A DNA stretch of 64,000 bases from the NCBI GenBank assembly GCA_017615835.1, contig JAFZZI010000004.1:249546-313545 (forward strand), written 5' to 3'. A model generated the notes under the pieces. That model had not been told where the DNA came from. It did not search any database and saw only the letters and a program-made list of their open reading frames with translations. Positions 39,059-50,088 of the stretch are shown in pieces. A program made the translations under genes and the position numbers. Each line of letters starts with the position of its first letter. The stretch's first letter is position 1. The stretch is from Bacteroidaceae bacterium (GTDB lineage: Bacteria > Bacteroidota > Bacteroidia > Bacteroidales > Bacteroidaceae).

Positions 39059-40414
39059 TCATTCTGCACCTCCGCCGAGGGCGATGTACAGATCAATCAG
39101 GGCCTGATTGCCGTTGAATACGTTGGCTGCCTCACCCAGTTGGGCTCTCAATAGCGCTTCCTGTGCTGTAAGTACTTCGAGATAGGTGGCCTTTCCGTTT
39201 ACCATCAACTCGTGTGTACCTTCGTAGGCGTGCTGTAGTACAGCCACTTGTTGCTGGTACAGGCTGGCCTTGTCACGGGCCGCTTGACAATCTGCAAGAT
39301 AACTGTTCACTTCGTTGCCCGCGTTGAGCACGGTCTTGACGAACAGCTGGCGAGCCTCCTCCTGCTGCAGTTTGCTTCTTTTGAGGTTGGCTCTCAGTTT
39401 GCCCTGTGTGAACAGTGGCTGTGCCAGAGAGGCAGCAGCGTTCATTACCCACTGCGCAGGGTTCAGGGTACCCATCTCTCCGTTGGTCCATCCAAGCGCA
39501 CCGCTGAGTGTCAGTTTGGGATAGAAGTTCGAACGGGCCTCGGAGGTTACGTAATAGGCGTTTTCTATTGCACGCTCGGCGGCACGCACGTCAGCGCGGT
39601 TGCCCAGCAATTCCGCCGGAATTCCAACGGAAACCTGTTGAGGAAGGTTGAAGCTTCCCCACGGGTTGCGGTCTATGTGCTGTGGTGTCTGTGCCAGAAG
39701 CAGACATAGAGCATTTTCGATATCCCTGATATTATTGGTTATGTCAATACGCTGTGTCCTGATGTCGAGCAGAGACGCTTCCATCTGGTCAACACTGGTT
39801 GAGTAGGCCTTACCATTCTCCAAAAGGGCGCGCTGCGTTTCAAGCGACTGCTCCCAGAGAACTTCGGTCTTGGTAATAATGTCGAGCTGCTGGTCAAGAA
39901 TCTGCAATTGGTGGTAGGCTGTGGCGACGTTGGAGATGAGCTTCGTTCTGACCAGGGTCTCCTGGTCGCGGGTCTGCTCAAGAAGCGCGGCTGCCTGGCG
40001 TCTGCGGTTGTTTATGCCGCCGAAAAGGTCGATTTCCCATTCTGCACCGGTACCAAGATTAAAACTCTCATAGTTTATTCCAACCCTGCCGACCGAACCC
40101 TGCGGATTGAGGGACAGCGATGGCAGAAAGGCCAGTTTGGCAGCAACTAGGCTTGCTTCGGCCACTCCGACATTCAGTTCGGCTACCTTCAGGTCTGTGT
40201 TGCGCTCAAGTGCAGTGTCTATCAGCTGCTGCAGCTTCTGGTCAGTGAAGAAAGTGCGCCAGGGCATCCGTGCCATAGAGCTCTGCCCCGTAACCTGCAC
40301 TCCGCTTCCGAAAACTCCGTCGGGTACCGTACTGTCAGATTCGTACTTGTTGTATATGCCGCAACTGCTGATTGTCAGCAGAATAACTGCGGCTGATATC
40401 ATTGTCTTTCCCAT
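39059..40414 (-). CDS. RND efflux outer-membrane factor lipoprotein (TolC/NodT family)
   Basis: Lipobox LLTISSCG and two TolC-type repeat halves. It is the last gene of the MFP-RND-OMF operon. Confidence 0.9.
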   Translation of the reverse strand: MGKTMISAAVILLTISSCGIYNKYESDSTVPDGVFGSGVQVTGQSSMARMPWRTFFTDQKLQQLIDTALERNTDLKVAELNVGVAEASLVAAKLAFLPSLSLNPQGSVGRVGINYESFNLGTGAEWEIDLFGGINNRRRQAAALLEQTRDQETLVRTKLISNVATAYHQLQILDQQLDIITKTEVLWEQSLETQRALLENGKAYSTSVDQMEASLLDIRTQRIDITNNIRDIENALCLLLAQTPQHIDRNPWGSFNLPQQVSVGIPAELLGNRADVRAAERAIENAYYVTSEARSNFYPKLTLSGALGWTNGEMGTLNPAQWVMNAAASLAQPLFTQGKLRANLKRSKLQQEEARQLFVKTVLNAGNEVNSYLADCQAARDKASLYQQQVAVLQHAYEGTHELMVNGKATYLEVLTAQEALLRAQLGEAANVFNGNQALIDLYIALGGGAE

Positions 40415-40419
40415 TTCAG

Positions 40420-43400
40420 TTATTCCTCCTCTTTCTCGTTTAATTCAACCATGGGCCCCTGTACACGCTCGTGCAGCTTCTGGAAGAAGATGTATAACGA
40501 GGGTACGATAAAGAGCAGGGCCACTGTGCCGATGCTGGAACCGCCTACGACGCCAATTGCCAGCGAGCGGTTGCCGTTGGCGCCCGCACCGCCTTCGATG
40601 ATGAGCGGAATCATACCAATGATCATTGTGGCCACAGTCATCAGGATTGGACGCAGACGGTCCTTGCACGCTTCGAAGGCGGCTTCGGTTATGGGCATTC
40701 CCTGCTTGTGCTTGTCAACAGCGAACTCGGTGATAAGGATTGCGGTCTTGGCCAGCAATCCTATCAGCATTATAACACCTGTCTGCAGGTATATGTTGTT
40801 GTCCATACCAGGCAACTTCATTGAATAACCACAGTAACTGAACAGGAACGATCCCATCAGTCCGAACGGGATTGACAGCAACACGGCGAACGGGATGAAC
40901 CACGAGTTGTAAAGGGATACCAGAATCAGGTATATCAGCAGGATGGCGATGGAATAAATTACCACCGTAGTGCTTGAACCCATGTTCTCCTCCATTTCAC
41001 GCGACATGCCGCCATACTCATAACCATAGTCAGCGGGATTCATAGTGGCGGCGAAAACCTCGCTGACGGCCTTATGTACCTGCCCCTCACTATATCCGCT
41101 TGCAGGGCTGACATAGCTGGTAATGCACTGGAAAAGGTTGAAACGGTTTTCATTGTCAGAGCCGACGGTCGGGGTAAGAGTGATGAACTGTGATACAGGA
41201 GCCATGCGTCCGTTGCCGACCCGTACGAATATGTTGTCCAGTGCATCGGGGTCAAGGCGGTACTCGGGCGAGGCGTTGGCAAAAATTCGATATACTTTGC
41301 CGAACTGGTTGTAGTTGCCTACGTACGCCTGGCTGCAGAAACTGCCGAGCGTGGCTAGTACCTCGCTGACCGTGGTGCCGGAACGGGTACATTGTACCGC
41401 ATCAACTGTCACCTTGTATTTCGGGAACTGTTCGGAATATGATGACTGTGCGTCAGAGACCTCGGGACGTTTTTTCAATTCAGACAGGAAGTACTGCACC
41501 TTGTTGTTGAATTCGGTCATGTCACCGTCAGTCTTGTCCTCGACCACCAGTTCAACCTCGTTGCTGGTGCCGAAGCCCGGAATCTGAGGCAGCGTGAATG
41601 GCAGAACCTGAGCATCCTTTATATCCTCGCACGACAAGTAGAAACGGTACAGCACAAGGTCAAGGTAATGATTCATGCCCTCTCGTTCTTCCCAGTTCTT
41701 CAAACGGATTATAAACGTGCCGTAGCTGGAGCCTGCACTTGATATCATGCCGAAGCCGGCGACGCGGGCGTATGATTCCATTTCGGGAATCTGCTTTACC
41801 TTTTCCTCAACCTTGTCTAGGATCTGGTTTGTTTCATGCAAGGTAGAGCCGGGAGCGGCGCGAACCTCGACGATAATGATACCCTGGTCCTCTTGAGGCA
41901 CAAGTCCGCTGGGCATGACCTTCATCAGCCAAAACATAGCTACAACGGCTGCGGCCAGAAGGATCCATGTCAGGAACGGGCGTTTCAGAAATTTCTGCAC
42001 ACCTCTTGTGTATTTGTTGAAGATGGCGTTGTAACTGGCTTCGTATGCCTTTCGTGTGTAGTAGATTAATGACTTCTTTTGAGTGCCCTCTTTTGCTTCC
42101 TTAATCTTCAGTAGCATGACGCAGAGTGCGGGGCACAGCGTAAGAGCGGATACGCACGAGAGGCCTACTGACGAGGCTATTGTTACGCCGAACTGAGTGA
42201 AGAACGTGCCTGATGTGCCCGACATGAACATCACGGGGATGAACACGGCCATGAATACCAGAGTACAAGAGAATACGGCGACCGTAACCTCGGACAGAGC
42301 ATCGCGTGTGGCGTCCTCAACCTTTCTGTAGGTTCCCAGCTCAAGTTTAGCCATCACTGCCTCAGCCACAACAATGGCGTCATCGACCACAGTACCTATA
42401 GCCAAAACAAGTGCGAACAGCGTCAGTATGTTTAGCGAGAAGCCCGCCATCTTGACTATGGCAAATGTGCCGAGCAATGACACTACGATGCTTATTGAGG
42501 GAATCAGTGTGGCCCGGATATCCTGAAGGAAGAAGAACACAACAAGAATGACCAGTATGATGGCTATGATGAGGGTTTCGACCACGCTGTGCATGGCAGC
42601 GTTCAGGAAGTCGTCGCTTGACATCAGCGTGGTGAACTTCAAGCCGGCAGGCAGTGTCGGCTCCACCTCGTCAAGCAGCTTGTTTATCTCGGCGTTTACT
42701 GCGGTGGCATTGGCACCCGGAGCCTGATAGATGATAAGCATGACGCCAGGACCGTTGACACCCTTCGATACGAATGTGTACGCCTGGGCTCCCAGTTCCA
42801 CGGTGGCTACATCTTCCATGCGGAGTACGTGGCCGCCATCGGTGCGGATTACTATGTTGTTGAACTCTTCGACTGTGGACAGTCGGCCGCTGTACTCCAT
42901 GCTGTACTGGTATGAGTTCTCTGACTTCTCACCCAAAGAGCCTGTAGGAGTTACGAGACTCTGCGTGCCGACGGCGTTGAATATCTCCTGTGGAGTCAGA
43001 TTGTAGCGTGCCATGACGTCGGGCTTCATCCATATGCGAAGGGCAAAAGTATTGCCAAGGTTTTCGACCTTGCCGATACCCTTGATGCGCATAAGGCGGG
43101 GCTTGACGCTGACGTCTATGAAGTTGGCTATAAAGTCGGCATCATACTTGCCGTCGGGGCTTTCGAGTGAAATGATCTGAAGAATGCTGTTCTGTCGCTT
43201 CTCAACCTTGATGCCGTTCTGAAGCACCTCGGCGGGAAGCATTGATTGTGCTGAAGAGACCCGGTTCTGAACGTTAACGGCAGCCAGGCTGGGGTCGGTA
43301 CCCTGTTTGAAATAAACATTAATGCTGACTTCGCCGGTTGACGAGGCTGTGCTCTTCAGGTAGTACATGTCCTCGACACCGTTTATGGACTCTTCAAGCG

Positions 43401-43593
43401 GTTGTATGACGCTCTTGACAATTGTCTTGGCATCGGCACCTGTATAACTGGCCGATACCATTATGGTTGGCGGTGCTATGTCAGGATACTGCTCCACCGG
43501 CAGCGTTTTCAGCGATATGAATCCTATCAGCACTATCACGATGGAGATGGCGCATGCCATTCCACGTTGTTCTATGAATATGTTACCTTTCAT
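40420..43593 (-). CDS. RND multidrug efflux permease (AcrB/HAE1 family)
   Basis: 1057 aa: FIEQRGMACAISIVIVLIGFISL, GTVVDDAIVVAE and 12 TM segments with two large periplasmic loops. Confidence 0.97.
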   Translation of the reverse strand: MKGNIFIEQRGMACAISIVIVLIGFISLKTLPVEQYPDIAPPTIMVSASYTGADAKTIVKSVIQPLEESINGVEDMYYLKSTASSTGEVSINVYFKQGTDPSLAAVNVQNRVSSAQSMLPAEVLQNGIKVEKRQNSILQIISLESPDGKYDADFIANFIDVSVKPRLMRIKGIGKVENLGNTFALRIWMKPDVMARYNLTPQEIFNAVGTQSLVTPTGSLGEKSENSYQYSMEYSGRLSTVEEFNNIVIRTDGGHVLRMEDVATVELGAQAYTFVSKGVNGPGVMLIIYQAPGANATAVNAEINKLLDEVEPTLPAGLKFTTLMSSDDFLNAAMHSVVETLIIAIILVILVVFFFLQDIRATLIPSISIVVSLLGTFAIVKMAGFSLNILTLFALVLAIGTVVDDAIVVAEAVMAKLELGTYRKVEDATRDALSEVTVAVFSCTLVFMAVFIPVMFMSGTSGTFFTQFGVTIASSVGLSCVSALTLCPALCVMLLKIKEAKEGTQKKSLIYYTRKAYEASYNAIFNKYTRGVQKFLKRPFLTWILLAAAVVAMFWLMKVMPSGLVPQEDQGIIIVEVRAAPGSTLHETNQILDKVEEKVKQIPEMESYARVAGFGMISSAGSSYGTFIIRLKNWEEREGMNHYLDLVLYRFYLSCEDIKDAQVLPFTLPQIPGFGTSNEVELVVEDKTDGDMTEFNNKVQYFLSELKKRPEVSDAQSSYSEQFPKYKVTVDAVQCTRSGTTVSEVLATLGSFCSQAYVGNYNQFGKVYRIFANASPEYRLDPDALDNIFVRVGNGRMAPVSQFITLTPTVGSDNENRFNLFQCITSYVSPASGYSEGQVHKAVSEVFAATMNPADYGYEYGGMSREMEENMGSSTTVVIYSIAILLIYLILVSLYNSWFIPFAVLLSIPFGLMGSFLFSYCGYSMKLPGMDNNIYLQTGVIMLIGLLAKTAILITEFAVDKHKQGMPITEAAFEACKDRLRPILMTVATMIIGMIPLIIEGGAGANGNRSLAIGVVGGSSIGTVALLFIVPSLYIFFQKLHERVQGPMVELNEKEEE

Positions 43594-43599
43594 AAGCCG

Positions 43600-44724
43600 T
43601 CATTTAAACAAGACCTTCTGTCCGTCAATCACGTTGGCGGCTCCGTTGGCAACAATCACGTCACCCTTCTTCAGACCGTTCAGGATTGCCACCTGTTGGC
43701 CCAAATCGTATATCTCTACAGACGTACTGTGGGCACAACTGTCAGTTCCGACCATCCACACCACCACCTTGTCCAGTTGGCGGACAATTGCAGATGAGGG
43801 TACTATTATGGCGTCATCTACCTGATATTGGAAAATAACCGTTCCAATATTGCCGGAAGTCAGCAATCCGTCGGGGTTCGGGAATTCGGCCTCGGCCGCG
43901 ATGCTGCCGGTCTGGGTGTCGAGCACTCCCGAGGTACGCACCAGACGGCCTTTGTGTTCGTACATGGTGCCGTTCTTCAGTTCCAGGCTTACCGGAGGCA
44001 TATCCTTGATGGCCTGTTCGAATGATTTGCCCTGATTCTCCTGCTTTATTTCCATGAACTTGTCCTCACTTGCCGAGAACTTGGCCTTCATGGTTGACGA
44101 TTCGCTTACCCTGGCCATAACAGTGCCCGGTTGGACCAGTTCTCCCAGTTCTATAGAGCGGGAGCCAACGATGCCGTTGATAGGTGACGTCACCGTGCAG
44201 TAGTTCAGTCCGAGACGGGCGTTTTTCAGTGCCGCCTCAGCCTGGGCTACAGCTGCTACGGTCTGGTCATAAGTATTCTTCGCCGTTTCGTACACATATG
44301 AACTGACTATTCCTTTGTCAAATAGATTCTTGTTGCTGCGCATCTCCAGTTCTGCAGTATTCATGGCCGCTTTGGCAGCCTGCACGTTGGCTTCAGCGTT
44401 GTCAACTGCTGCCTGTGCCTGGCGTGAGTCGATACGGAAAAGCACCTGGCCGCTTTTGACCCGATCACCTATCTCGGTAAGCACCTCGGTCACGTTGCCG
44501 CTTGTCTGCGGTGTTATTGTAACCTCCTTGCTGCCCTCCAGAGTTGCGCTGTAGCGTATGGGAATCTCCACGCTGCGGGGTTGAATTACAATTGTCTCGT
44601 ACGATGTACGTTTAGCCTCGGGAATGTCAACACATGACACAACTCCGCCCCAAAGCATCACTATGAATGACAAAATGCGCAGCCCACCGGCCACTCTCAT
44701 CTCTCCTGTTGTCATATCCTTCAT
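43600..44724 (-). CDS. RND efflux periplasmic adaptor (membrane fusion protein)
   Basis: Biotinyl-lipoyl/hairpin/beta-barrel pattern (GDRVKSGQVLFRID, coiled coil AQAAVDNAEANVQAAKAA, CTVTSPINGIVG). Start is set at Met29 because a -7 box (44782-44789) lies inside the longer ORF. Confidence 0.88.
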   Translation of the reverse strand: MKDMTTGEMRVAGGLRILSFIVMLWGGVVSCVDIPEAKRTSYETIVIQPRSVEIPIRYSATLEGSKEVTITPQTSGNVTEVLTEIGDRVKSGQVLFRIDSRQAQAAVDNAEANVQAAKAAMNTAELEMRSNKNLFDKGIVSSYVYETAKNTYDQTVAAVAQAEAALKNARLGLNYCTVTSPINGIVGSRSIELGELVQPGTVMARVSESSTMKAKFSASEDKFMEIKQENQGKSFEQAIKDMPPVSLELKNGTMYEHKGRLVRTSGVLDTQTGSIAAEAEFPNPDGLLTSGNIGTVIFQYQVDDAIIVPSSAIVRQLDKVVVWMVGTDSCAHSTSVEIYDLGQQVAILNGLKKGDVIVANGAANVIDGQKVLFK

Positions 44725-44781
44725 AATAAAGTAAGTTTTATCCGGTTTAGTCCTCAAGGGAACGCCTGTTAGTGTATACTG

Positions 44782-44789
44782 CAAAAGTA
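44782..44789 (-). promoter_or_regulatory. -7 box TACTTTTG (minus strand) for the RND operon
   Basis: Plus strand CAAAAGTA, 58 nt upstream of the ATG at 44724. Confidence 0.35.
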
Positions 44790-44968
44790 AAACAATTTTT
44801 AGAAACATGTGACTGACGAATTAAATGATTTTTCCACATAAGCGCAACACGCAGTGTCCGTCTGCCGACTGGATGGAACTTGAGAAGTCAATGGTCTCGG
44901 GAAATGATGCGGAAGCGTGACGCGGTGGCAAAAGTTTTTTGTAACTTCGCCCTCAGAAATTGTGAACG

Positions 44969-46750
44969 ATGGAACAAATCAGAAATTTCTGCATTATAGC
45001 TCATATAGACCACGGGAAGTCAACATTGGCTGACCGTTTGCTTGAATATACCGGTACAATAGCCATAACAGAAGGGCAGATGCTGGATGATATGGACCTT
45101 GAGAAGGAACGTGGCATAACAATAAAGAGTCATGCCATCCAGATGGAGTATGAACATAAAGGCATCAGGTATGTGCTGAATCTGATAGACACTCCAGGAC
45201 ACGTCGATTTTTCGTATGAAGTGTCGCGTTCAATTGCCGCGTGCGAAGGAGCTGTACTTGTGGTTGATGCCACTCAGGGGGTTCAGGCACAGACTATCAG
45301 CAATCTTTACATGGCTATTGAGCACGACCTTGAAATAATTCCCGTGATAAACAAGTGCGACATGCAGAGTGCCATGCCCGACGAGGTAGAGGATGAGATT
45401 GTGGAATTGCTGGGTTGTGACCGTAAGGAAATAATAAGGGCTTCTGCAAGGACAGGGATGGGAGTGGAGGAAATTCTCAAAGCCATAGTAGAGCGCATCC
45501 CACATCCGGTCGGAGATCCGGATGCACCGCTGCAGGCCTTGATTTTCGATTCTGTTTTCAATCCGTTCCGTGGAATAATAGCATATTTCAAAATTGAGAA
45601 CGGCAGCATCAGGAGGGGTGATAAGGTGAAATTCTTCAACACCGGCAGAGAGTATGATGCCGACGAGGTGGGCGTTCTGCGTATGGACATGGTGCCGCGC
45701 GAGGAAATGCTTACGGGTGATGTGGGCTATATCATATCAGGTATAAAGACATCGACAGAGGTGAAGGTGGGTGACACCATAACTCATGTTGCCCGGCCGT
45801 GCGATGAAGCCATTGCTGGTTTTGAAGAGTCTAAGCCTATGGTTTTTGCCGGTGTGTATCCAATCGACGTTAATGAGTTTGAAGACCTTAGGTCATCGCT
45901 TGAGAAACTGCAGCTGAACGATGCTTCACTAAGTTTCACTCCTGAATCGTCGATGGCACTTGGGTTTGGATTCCGCTGCGGCTTTCTCGGGCTGTTGCAC
46001 ATGGAGATTGTACAGGAACGTCTGGATAGGGAGTTTGATATGAGCGTAATAACCACTGTCCCTAATGTTCAGTACATGGTCTATGACAAGCAGGGCAATG
46101 CTATTGAGGTGCATAATCCGAGCGGAATGCCTGACCTTACCCTGATTGACCATATTGAGGAACCGTATATTGATGCCTCGATAATTACCACTACCGACTA
46201 CATCGGTGCCATAATGACGCTGTGTCTGGACAAGCGAGGCGAGTTGGTAAAACAACAGTTCATTGCCGGTAATCGTGTGGAACTCTATTTCAAGTTGCCT
46301 TTGGGCGAAATCGTGATTGACTTCTACGACAAACTTAAGAGCATTTCGAAAGGTTATGCTTCTTTCGACTATCATCCTTCGGGATTCAGACCATCAAAAC
46401 TGGTTAAACTTGATATTCTGTTGAACGGTGAGCCTGTTGATGCTCTCTCTACTCTGACTCATGTAGACAACGCCTATGATCTTGGACGCCGCATGTGCGA
46501 GAAACTTAAGGACCTCATTCCGCGCCAGCAGTTCGATATAGCCATTCAGGCTGCCATTGGCTCGAAGATAATTGCCCGCGAGACTATCAAGCAGGTACGC
46601 AAGGATGTTACAGCCAAATGCTATGGAGGCGACGTCACCAGAAAGCGGAAACTTCTGGAGAAGCAAAAGAAGGGAAAGAAGCGCATGAAACAGATTGGCA
46701 ATGTGGAGGTGCCCCAGAAGGCTTTTCTCGCTGTGTTGAAACTGGACTGA
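44969..46750 (+). CDS. lepA: translation elongation factor 4
   Basis: [34 protein letters not shown], and the LepA-specific C-terminal domain ...[29 protein letters not shown]. Confidence 0.98.
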   Translation: MEQIRNFCIIAHIDHGKSTLADRLLEYTGTIAITEGQMLDDMDLEKERGITIKSHAIQMEYEHKGIRYVLNLIDTPGHVDFSYEVSRSIAACEGAVLVVDATQGVQAQTISNLYMAIEHDLEIIPVINKCDMQSAMPDEVEDEIVELLGCDRKEIIRASARTGMGVEEILKAIVERIPHPVGDPDAPLQALIFDSVFNPFRGIIAYFKIENGSIRRGDKVKFFNTGREYDADEVGVLRMDMVPREEMLTGDVGYIISGIKTSTEVKVGDTITHVARPCDEAIAGFEESKPMVFAGVYPIDVNEFEDLRSSLEKLQLNDASLSFTPESSMALGFGFRCGFLGLLHMEIVQERLDREFDMSVITTVPNVQYMVYDKQGNAIEVHNPSGMPDLTLIDHIEEPYIDASIITTTDYIGAIMTLCLDKRGELVKQQFIAGNRVELYFKLPLGEIVIDFYDKLKSISKGYASFDYHPSGFRPSKLVKLDILLNGEPVDALSTLTHVDNAYDLGRRMCEKLKDLIPRQQFDIAIQAAIGSKIIARETIKQVRKDVTAKCYGGDVTRKRKLLEKQKKGKKRMKQIGNVEVPQKAFLAVLKLD

Positions 46751-46851
46751 CACTTTTTCAAATTAACCACTTGTGATATAGGTCTCACGCCAATTTGGTG
46801 TGAAGGGAAAGATTTTGTGCCCTGACTGGACATGAATTGACAGATATTTGT

Positions 46852-46859
46852 TATTTTTG
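46852..46859 (+). promoter_or_regulatory. -7 box TATTTTTG for the DUF853 gene
   Basis: Exact TAnnTTTG, 21 nt upstream of the ATG at 46880. Confidence 0.35.
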
Positions 46860-46879
46860 AGAAAAATAACTCAACACTT

Positions 46880-48529
46880 ATGTACGACTCAGAGAAAGGA
46901 TTATATGTGGCCCATTGTGAGGCGGGACCATTGTCAATATGTGGCCGGATGGCCAATCGTCATGGACTGATCGCCGGAGCTACCGGAACCGGCAAGACCG
47001 TATCGCTTCAGGTGCTGGCAGAAACCTTCAGTCAGGCAGGTGTACCATGTTTCATGGCCGACATGAAGGGTGACCTTAGCGGTATCAGTCAGGCCGGTTC
47101 CATGACAGGCTTCATACAGAAGAGATGTGTCGAGTTCGGCATCGGGAATCCTCAGTTCGCGCCATGCCCGGTACGATTCTTCGACGTTTTCGGTGAACAG
47201 GGACATCCCATGCGTACAACTATATCGAACATGGGACCCCAGCTGCTGAGCCGCCTGATGCAACTCAATGAGGTGCAGGAGGGTATATTGAATGTACTCT
47301 TTCGCGTGGCTGATGAGAGGGGACTTCTGCTGATTGACATAAAGGACTTGCGTGCTATGCTGTCTTATCTGTCCGAGCATGCCGCCGAAATAACGCGTAC
47401 GTATGGAACGGTCACTCCAATAAGCATCGGTGCAATCCAGAGGGCTTTACTTGCACTTGAGAATGAGGGAGCTGAGAAGTTTTTTGGAGAGCCGTCATTT
47501 GACATTTTCGACCTTCTGCAGTGTGAGGGTGGCAGAGGAGTGATGAGTGTTCTGGCAGCTGACAGGCTGATGCTTAATCCCAAACTCTACTCTACATTTC
47601 TTCTCTGGCTGTTGTCTGACTTATATGCCCAGTTGCCGGAGGTAGGGGATCTTGCACTACCGAAGCTGGTGTTCTTCTTCGATGAGGCTCACACACTTTT
47701 TGAGGATACGTCGAAGGCACTGGTAGACAAGATTGAGCAGGTTATCCGTCTTATCCGTAGCAAGGGAGTGGGCATATACTTTGTAACACAGAATCCCACA
47801 GACATACCTGAGGATATTCTAGGACAGCTTGGCAACCGTGTGCAGCATGCGCTGAGGGCATATACTCCTAAGGAACAGAAGGCTGTGAGGACCGCAGCCC
47901 AGACTTTCCGCGCAAATCCATCGTTCAAGACTGAGGATGCCATCATGCAGCTTGAGACGGGCGAGGCGTTGGTATCATTTCTTGACGAGAAGGGGGCTCC
48001 AATGGTCGTGCAGCGCTCTAAGATGCTGTTCCCGCTCAGCCAGATAGGCGTGATAACTGAACAGCAACGTACTCAACTGATTAATTCTTCGAGACTTTAC
48101 GGTCGCTATGACCACATGATTGACCGTGAAAGTGCGTTTGAAGTACTTCTTGCCGAGAGTGAACAGAAGGCTATAGAGGCTCGAAAAGCACAAGAGGCGG
48201 CTGAAGCAGAGAAGGAACGCCGACGCATTGAGAAACAGCGCGAGTCGGAAGAGAGGGCGCTTGATAAAATGCGCCAGAATGAGGAGAAGACAGCCAAGAA
48301 GGGCAAGAAGAGTAAAGACAGTCTGGCAAAGACTCTTACTACTGCTGCGGTAGGCGCAGCAATAGGCTCGGTCAGCAGGAGTGTCGGTACGTCGGTTTCA
48401 AACAAGATTACCGGCAAGAAATCTTCTTCAACAACTCCCAAGTCGGTGGCGGGCAAGGCTGCAAGTTCGGCTGCGTCGTCAGTAGTGCGGACGTTGACTC
48501 GCTCCATACTGGGCAATCTGCTGAAGTAG
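46880..48529 (+). CDS. DUF853 / HerA-like P-loop ATPase (YjgR family)
   Basis: RHGLIAGATGTGKTVSLQVLAE (Walker A), VFFFDEAHTLF (Walker B), VTQNPTDIPE, and a K/E-rich then S/T-rich C-terminal tail. Confidence 0.85.
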   Translation: MYDSEKGLYVAHCEAGPLSICGRMANRHGLIAGATGTGKTVSLQVLAETFSQAGVPCFMADMKGDLSGISQAGSMTGFIQKRCVEFGIGNPQFAPCPVRFFDVFGEQGHPMRTTISNMGPQLLSRLMQLNEVQEGILNVLFRVADERGLLLIDIKDLRAMLSYLSEHAAEITRTYGTVTPISIGAIQRALLALENEGAEKFFGEPSFDIFDLLQCEGGRGVMSVLAADRLMLNPKLYSTFLLWLLSDLYAQLPEVGDLALPKLVFFFDEAHTLFEDTSKALVDKIEQVIRLIRSKGVGIYFVTQNPTDIPEDILGQLGNRVQHALRAYTPKEQKAVRTAAQTFRANPSFKTEDAIMQLETGEALVSFLDEKGAPMVVQRSKMLFPLSQIGVITEQQRTQLINSSRLYGRYDHMIDRESAFEVLLAESEQKAIEARKAQEAAEAEKERRRIEKQRESEERALDKMRQNEEKTAKKGKKSKDSLAKTLTTAAVGAAIGSVSRSVGTSVSNKITGKKSSSTTPKSVAGKAASSAASSVVRTLTRSILGNLLK

Positions 48530-48537
48530 TTCCCCGT

Positions 48538-50088
48538 ATGACGGCAATCGACCAGAGGAGAATAGCGGTCAACACGCTGCTGCTTTACCTGCGCATGGGA
48601 TTGGTCCTGGTGGTCAACCTCTATGTGTCGCGGGTTGTTCTCGACTCTTTGGGAAAGGTCGATTATGGCATTTATAGTGCTGTCGCGGCCATTGTGGTGA
48701 TGTTCTCGTTCATGAACAGCACTATGAGCACGGCGTGCCAGAGGTTTTTCTCGTTCGAACTTGGCCGCAAGGATTACGGGGCTTTGAGAACTCGTTTTAC
48801 CCAAAGTCTGATAGTTTTTTTTCTGATAGCTCTTGTAGTAGTTGCACTTTCCGAGACTGTCGGTCTGTGGTTCCTCAATACCAGAATGAAACTTGAGGGG
48901 CGCGATGATGCCGCCCATTGGGTTTTCCAACTGTCGGTGGTTGCCTTCGTGTTTCAGATAATGCGTACTCCCTACATGGGAATGATAATAGCGCGCGAGA
49001 AGATGAAGGTGTTTGCTTACATTAGCGTGTTCGAAGCCTTTGGATCACTTGCTGTAGCGTTGAGCTTGAGATTCTCAAACGGTGACAGAATGGTGCTGTA
49101 TGCTATGCTCATCCTTATGATACATGCGTTAACGACTATGTTCTACCTTGTTTATTGCCGGTTGTTCTACGCTGAATGTAAGATTGAAAGGCATATTGAC
49201 AAGAGTTCATTATGGCAGATTTTCAGATTTACCGGCTGGGAGATGATAGGTTCGCTGGCCGGTACATGCAAAGCATACGGCATTAACCCGATACTGTTGA
49301 ACCCCTTCTTCGGACCGGAAATGAACGCTGCAATGACTGTCTCGCAGAAGGTTTATATGACTGTGGTAAGGTTTCAGAACGATTACTTTATGGCGGTGAA
49401 GCCTCAGATAATAAAGTCTTATGCGTCTGGAGCGGTCAGCGAGATGATAGGATTGTTATTCCTGGGTACCCGTTTCTCCTATTTTCTGATTCTTGTGTTG
49501 ACCATGCCTCTTTTTTTTGAGACTCCGGCCATTTTGGATTGGTGGCTGAAGGCGGAAAACGTTCCTGAAATGGCTGTGACATTTACGAAGCTTCTTTTGG
49601 TCAACAGTCTGGTGGATACCCTTTCCAATCCACTTGCTTCGGCTATACAGGCTACCGGCAAAAACAAATGGTATCAGATATGCATGGGACTGACATTGTT
49701 GGCTATCCTGCCTGTCGGCTATGTGGGTTACAAAGTTTTCCGTCTTCCTGTTGAGTCAGTTTTCTATATCTCAATCGGTTTGTCCGTAGCTGCTCAGTGC
49801 ATGAGGCTCTATTTTGTTAAACGGCAGGTTGGGATGGATATAGGACGTTTCCTTAAAGAAGTAATCTGGGTCATGGTCTTGGTGACTGTCGTGGCCTTGG
49901 CGGTGCCCGCCGGAGTACAGGCGTGTTTTGGCACTGACCGTCAGGCATGGCAGTCGGTGACGGTTATAGTGATTTCAGTTCTGTGGACGGGAACTGTGGC
50001 GTACTTCATTGGAATCACCCGTTCGGAGCGTTCAATGATTAACGGTTTTATTGTGAATTTATTCAAAAGTGTGCTATGCAGGCGATAA
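48538..50088 (+). CDS. MOP-superfamily oligosaccharide flippase (Wzx-like)
   Basis: 516 aa, about 14 TM segments. N-terminus IAVNTLLLYLRMGLVLVVNLYVSRVVLDSLGKVDYGIYSAV is typical of polysaccharide-biosynthesis flippases. Confidence 0.8.
   Translation: MTAIDQRRIAVNTLLLYLRMGLVLVVNLYVSRVVLDSLGKVDYGIYSAVAAIVVMFSFMNSTMSTACQRFFSFELGRKDYGALRTRFTQSLIVFFLIALVVVALSETVGLWFLNTRMKLEGRDDAAHWVFQLSVVAFVFQIMRTPYMGMIIAREKMKVFAYISVFEAFGSLAVALSLRFSNGDRMVLYAMLILMIHALTTMFYLVYCRLFYAECKIERHIDKSSLWQIFRFTGWEMIGSLAGTCKAYGINPILLNPFFGPEMNAAMTVSQKVYMTVVRFQNDYFMAVKPQIIKSYASGAVSEMIGLLFLGTRFSYFLILVLTMPLFFETPAILDWWLKAENVPEMAVTFTKLLLVNSLVDTLSNPLASAIQATGKNKWYQICMGLTLLAILPVGYVGYKVFRLPVESVFYISIGLSVAAQCMRLYFVKRQVGMDIGRFLKEVIWVMVLVTVVALAVPAGVQACFGTDRQAWQSVTVIVISVLWTGTVAYFIGITRSERSMINGFIVNLFKSVLCRR

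Noticed and set aside
48106-48930. A 274-aa minus-strand ORF spanning the DUF853/flippase junction.
   Set aside because: It is antisense to two well-supported genes, and its low-complexity Ser/Ala/Arg-rich translation mirrors the K/E/S-rich tail of DUF853.
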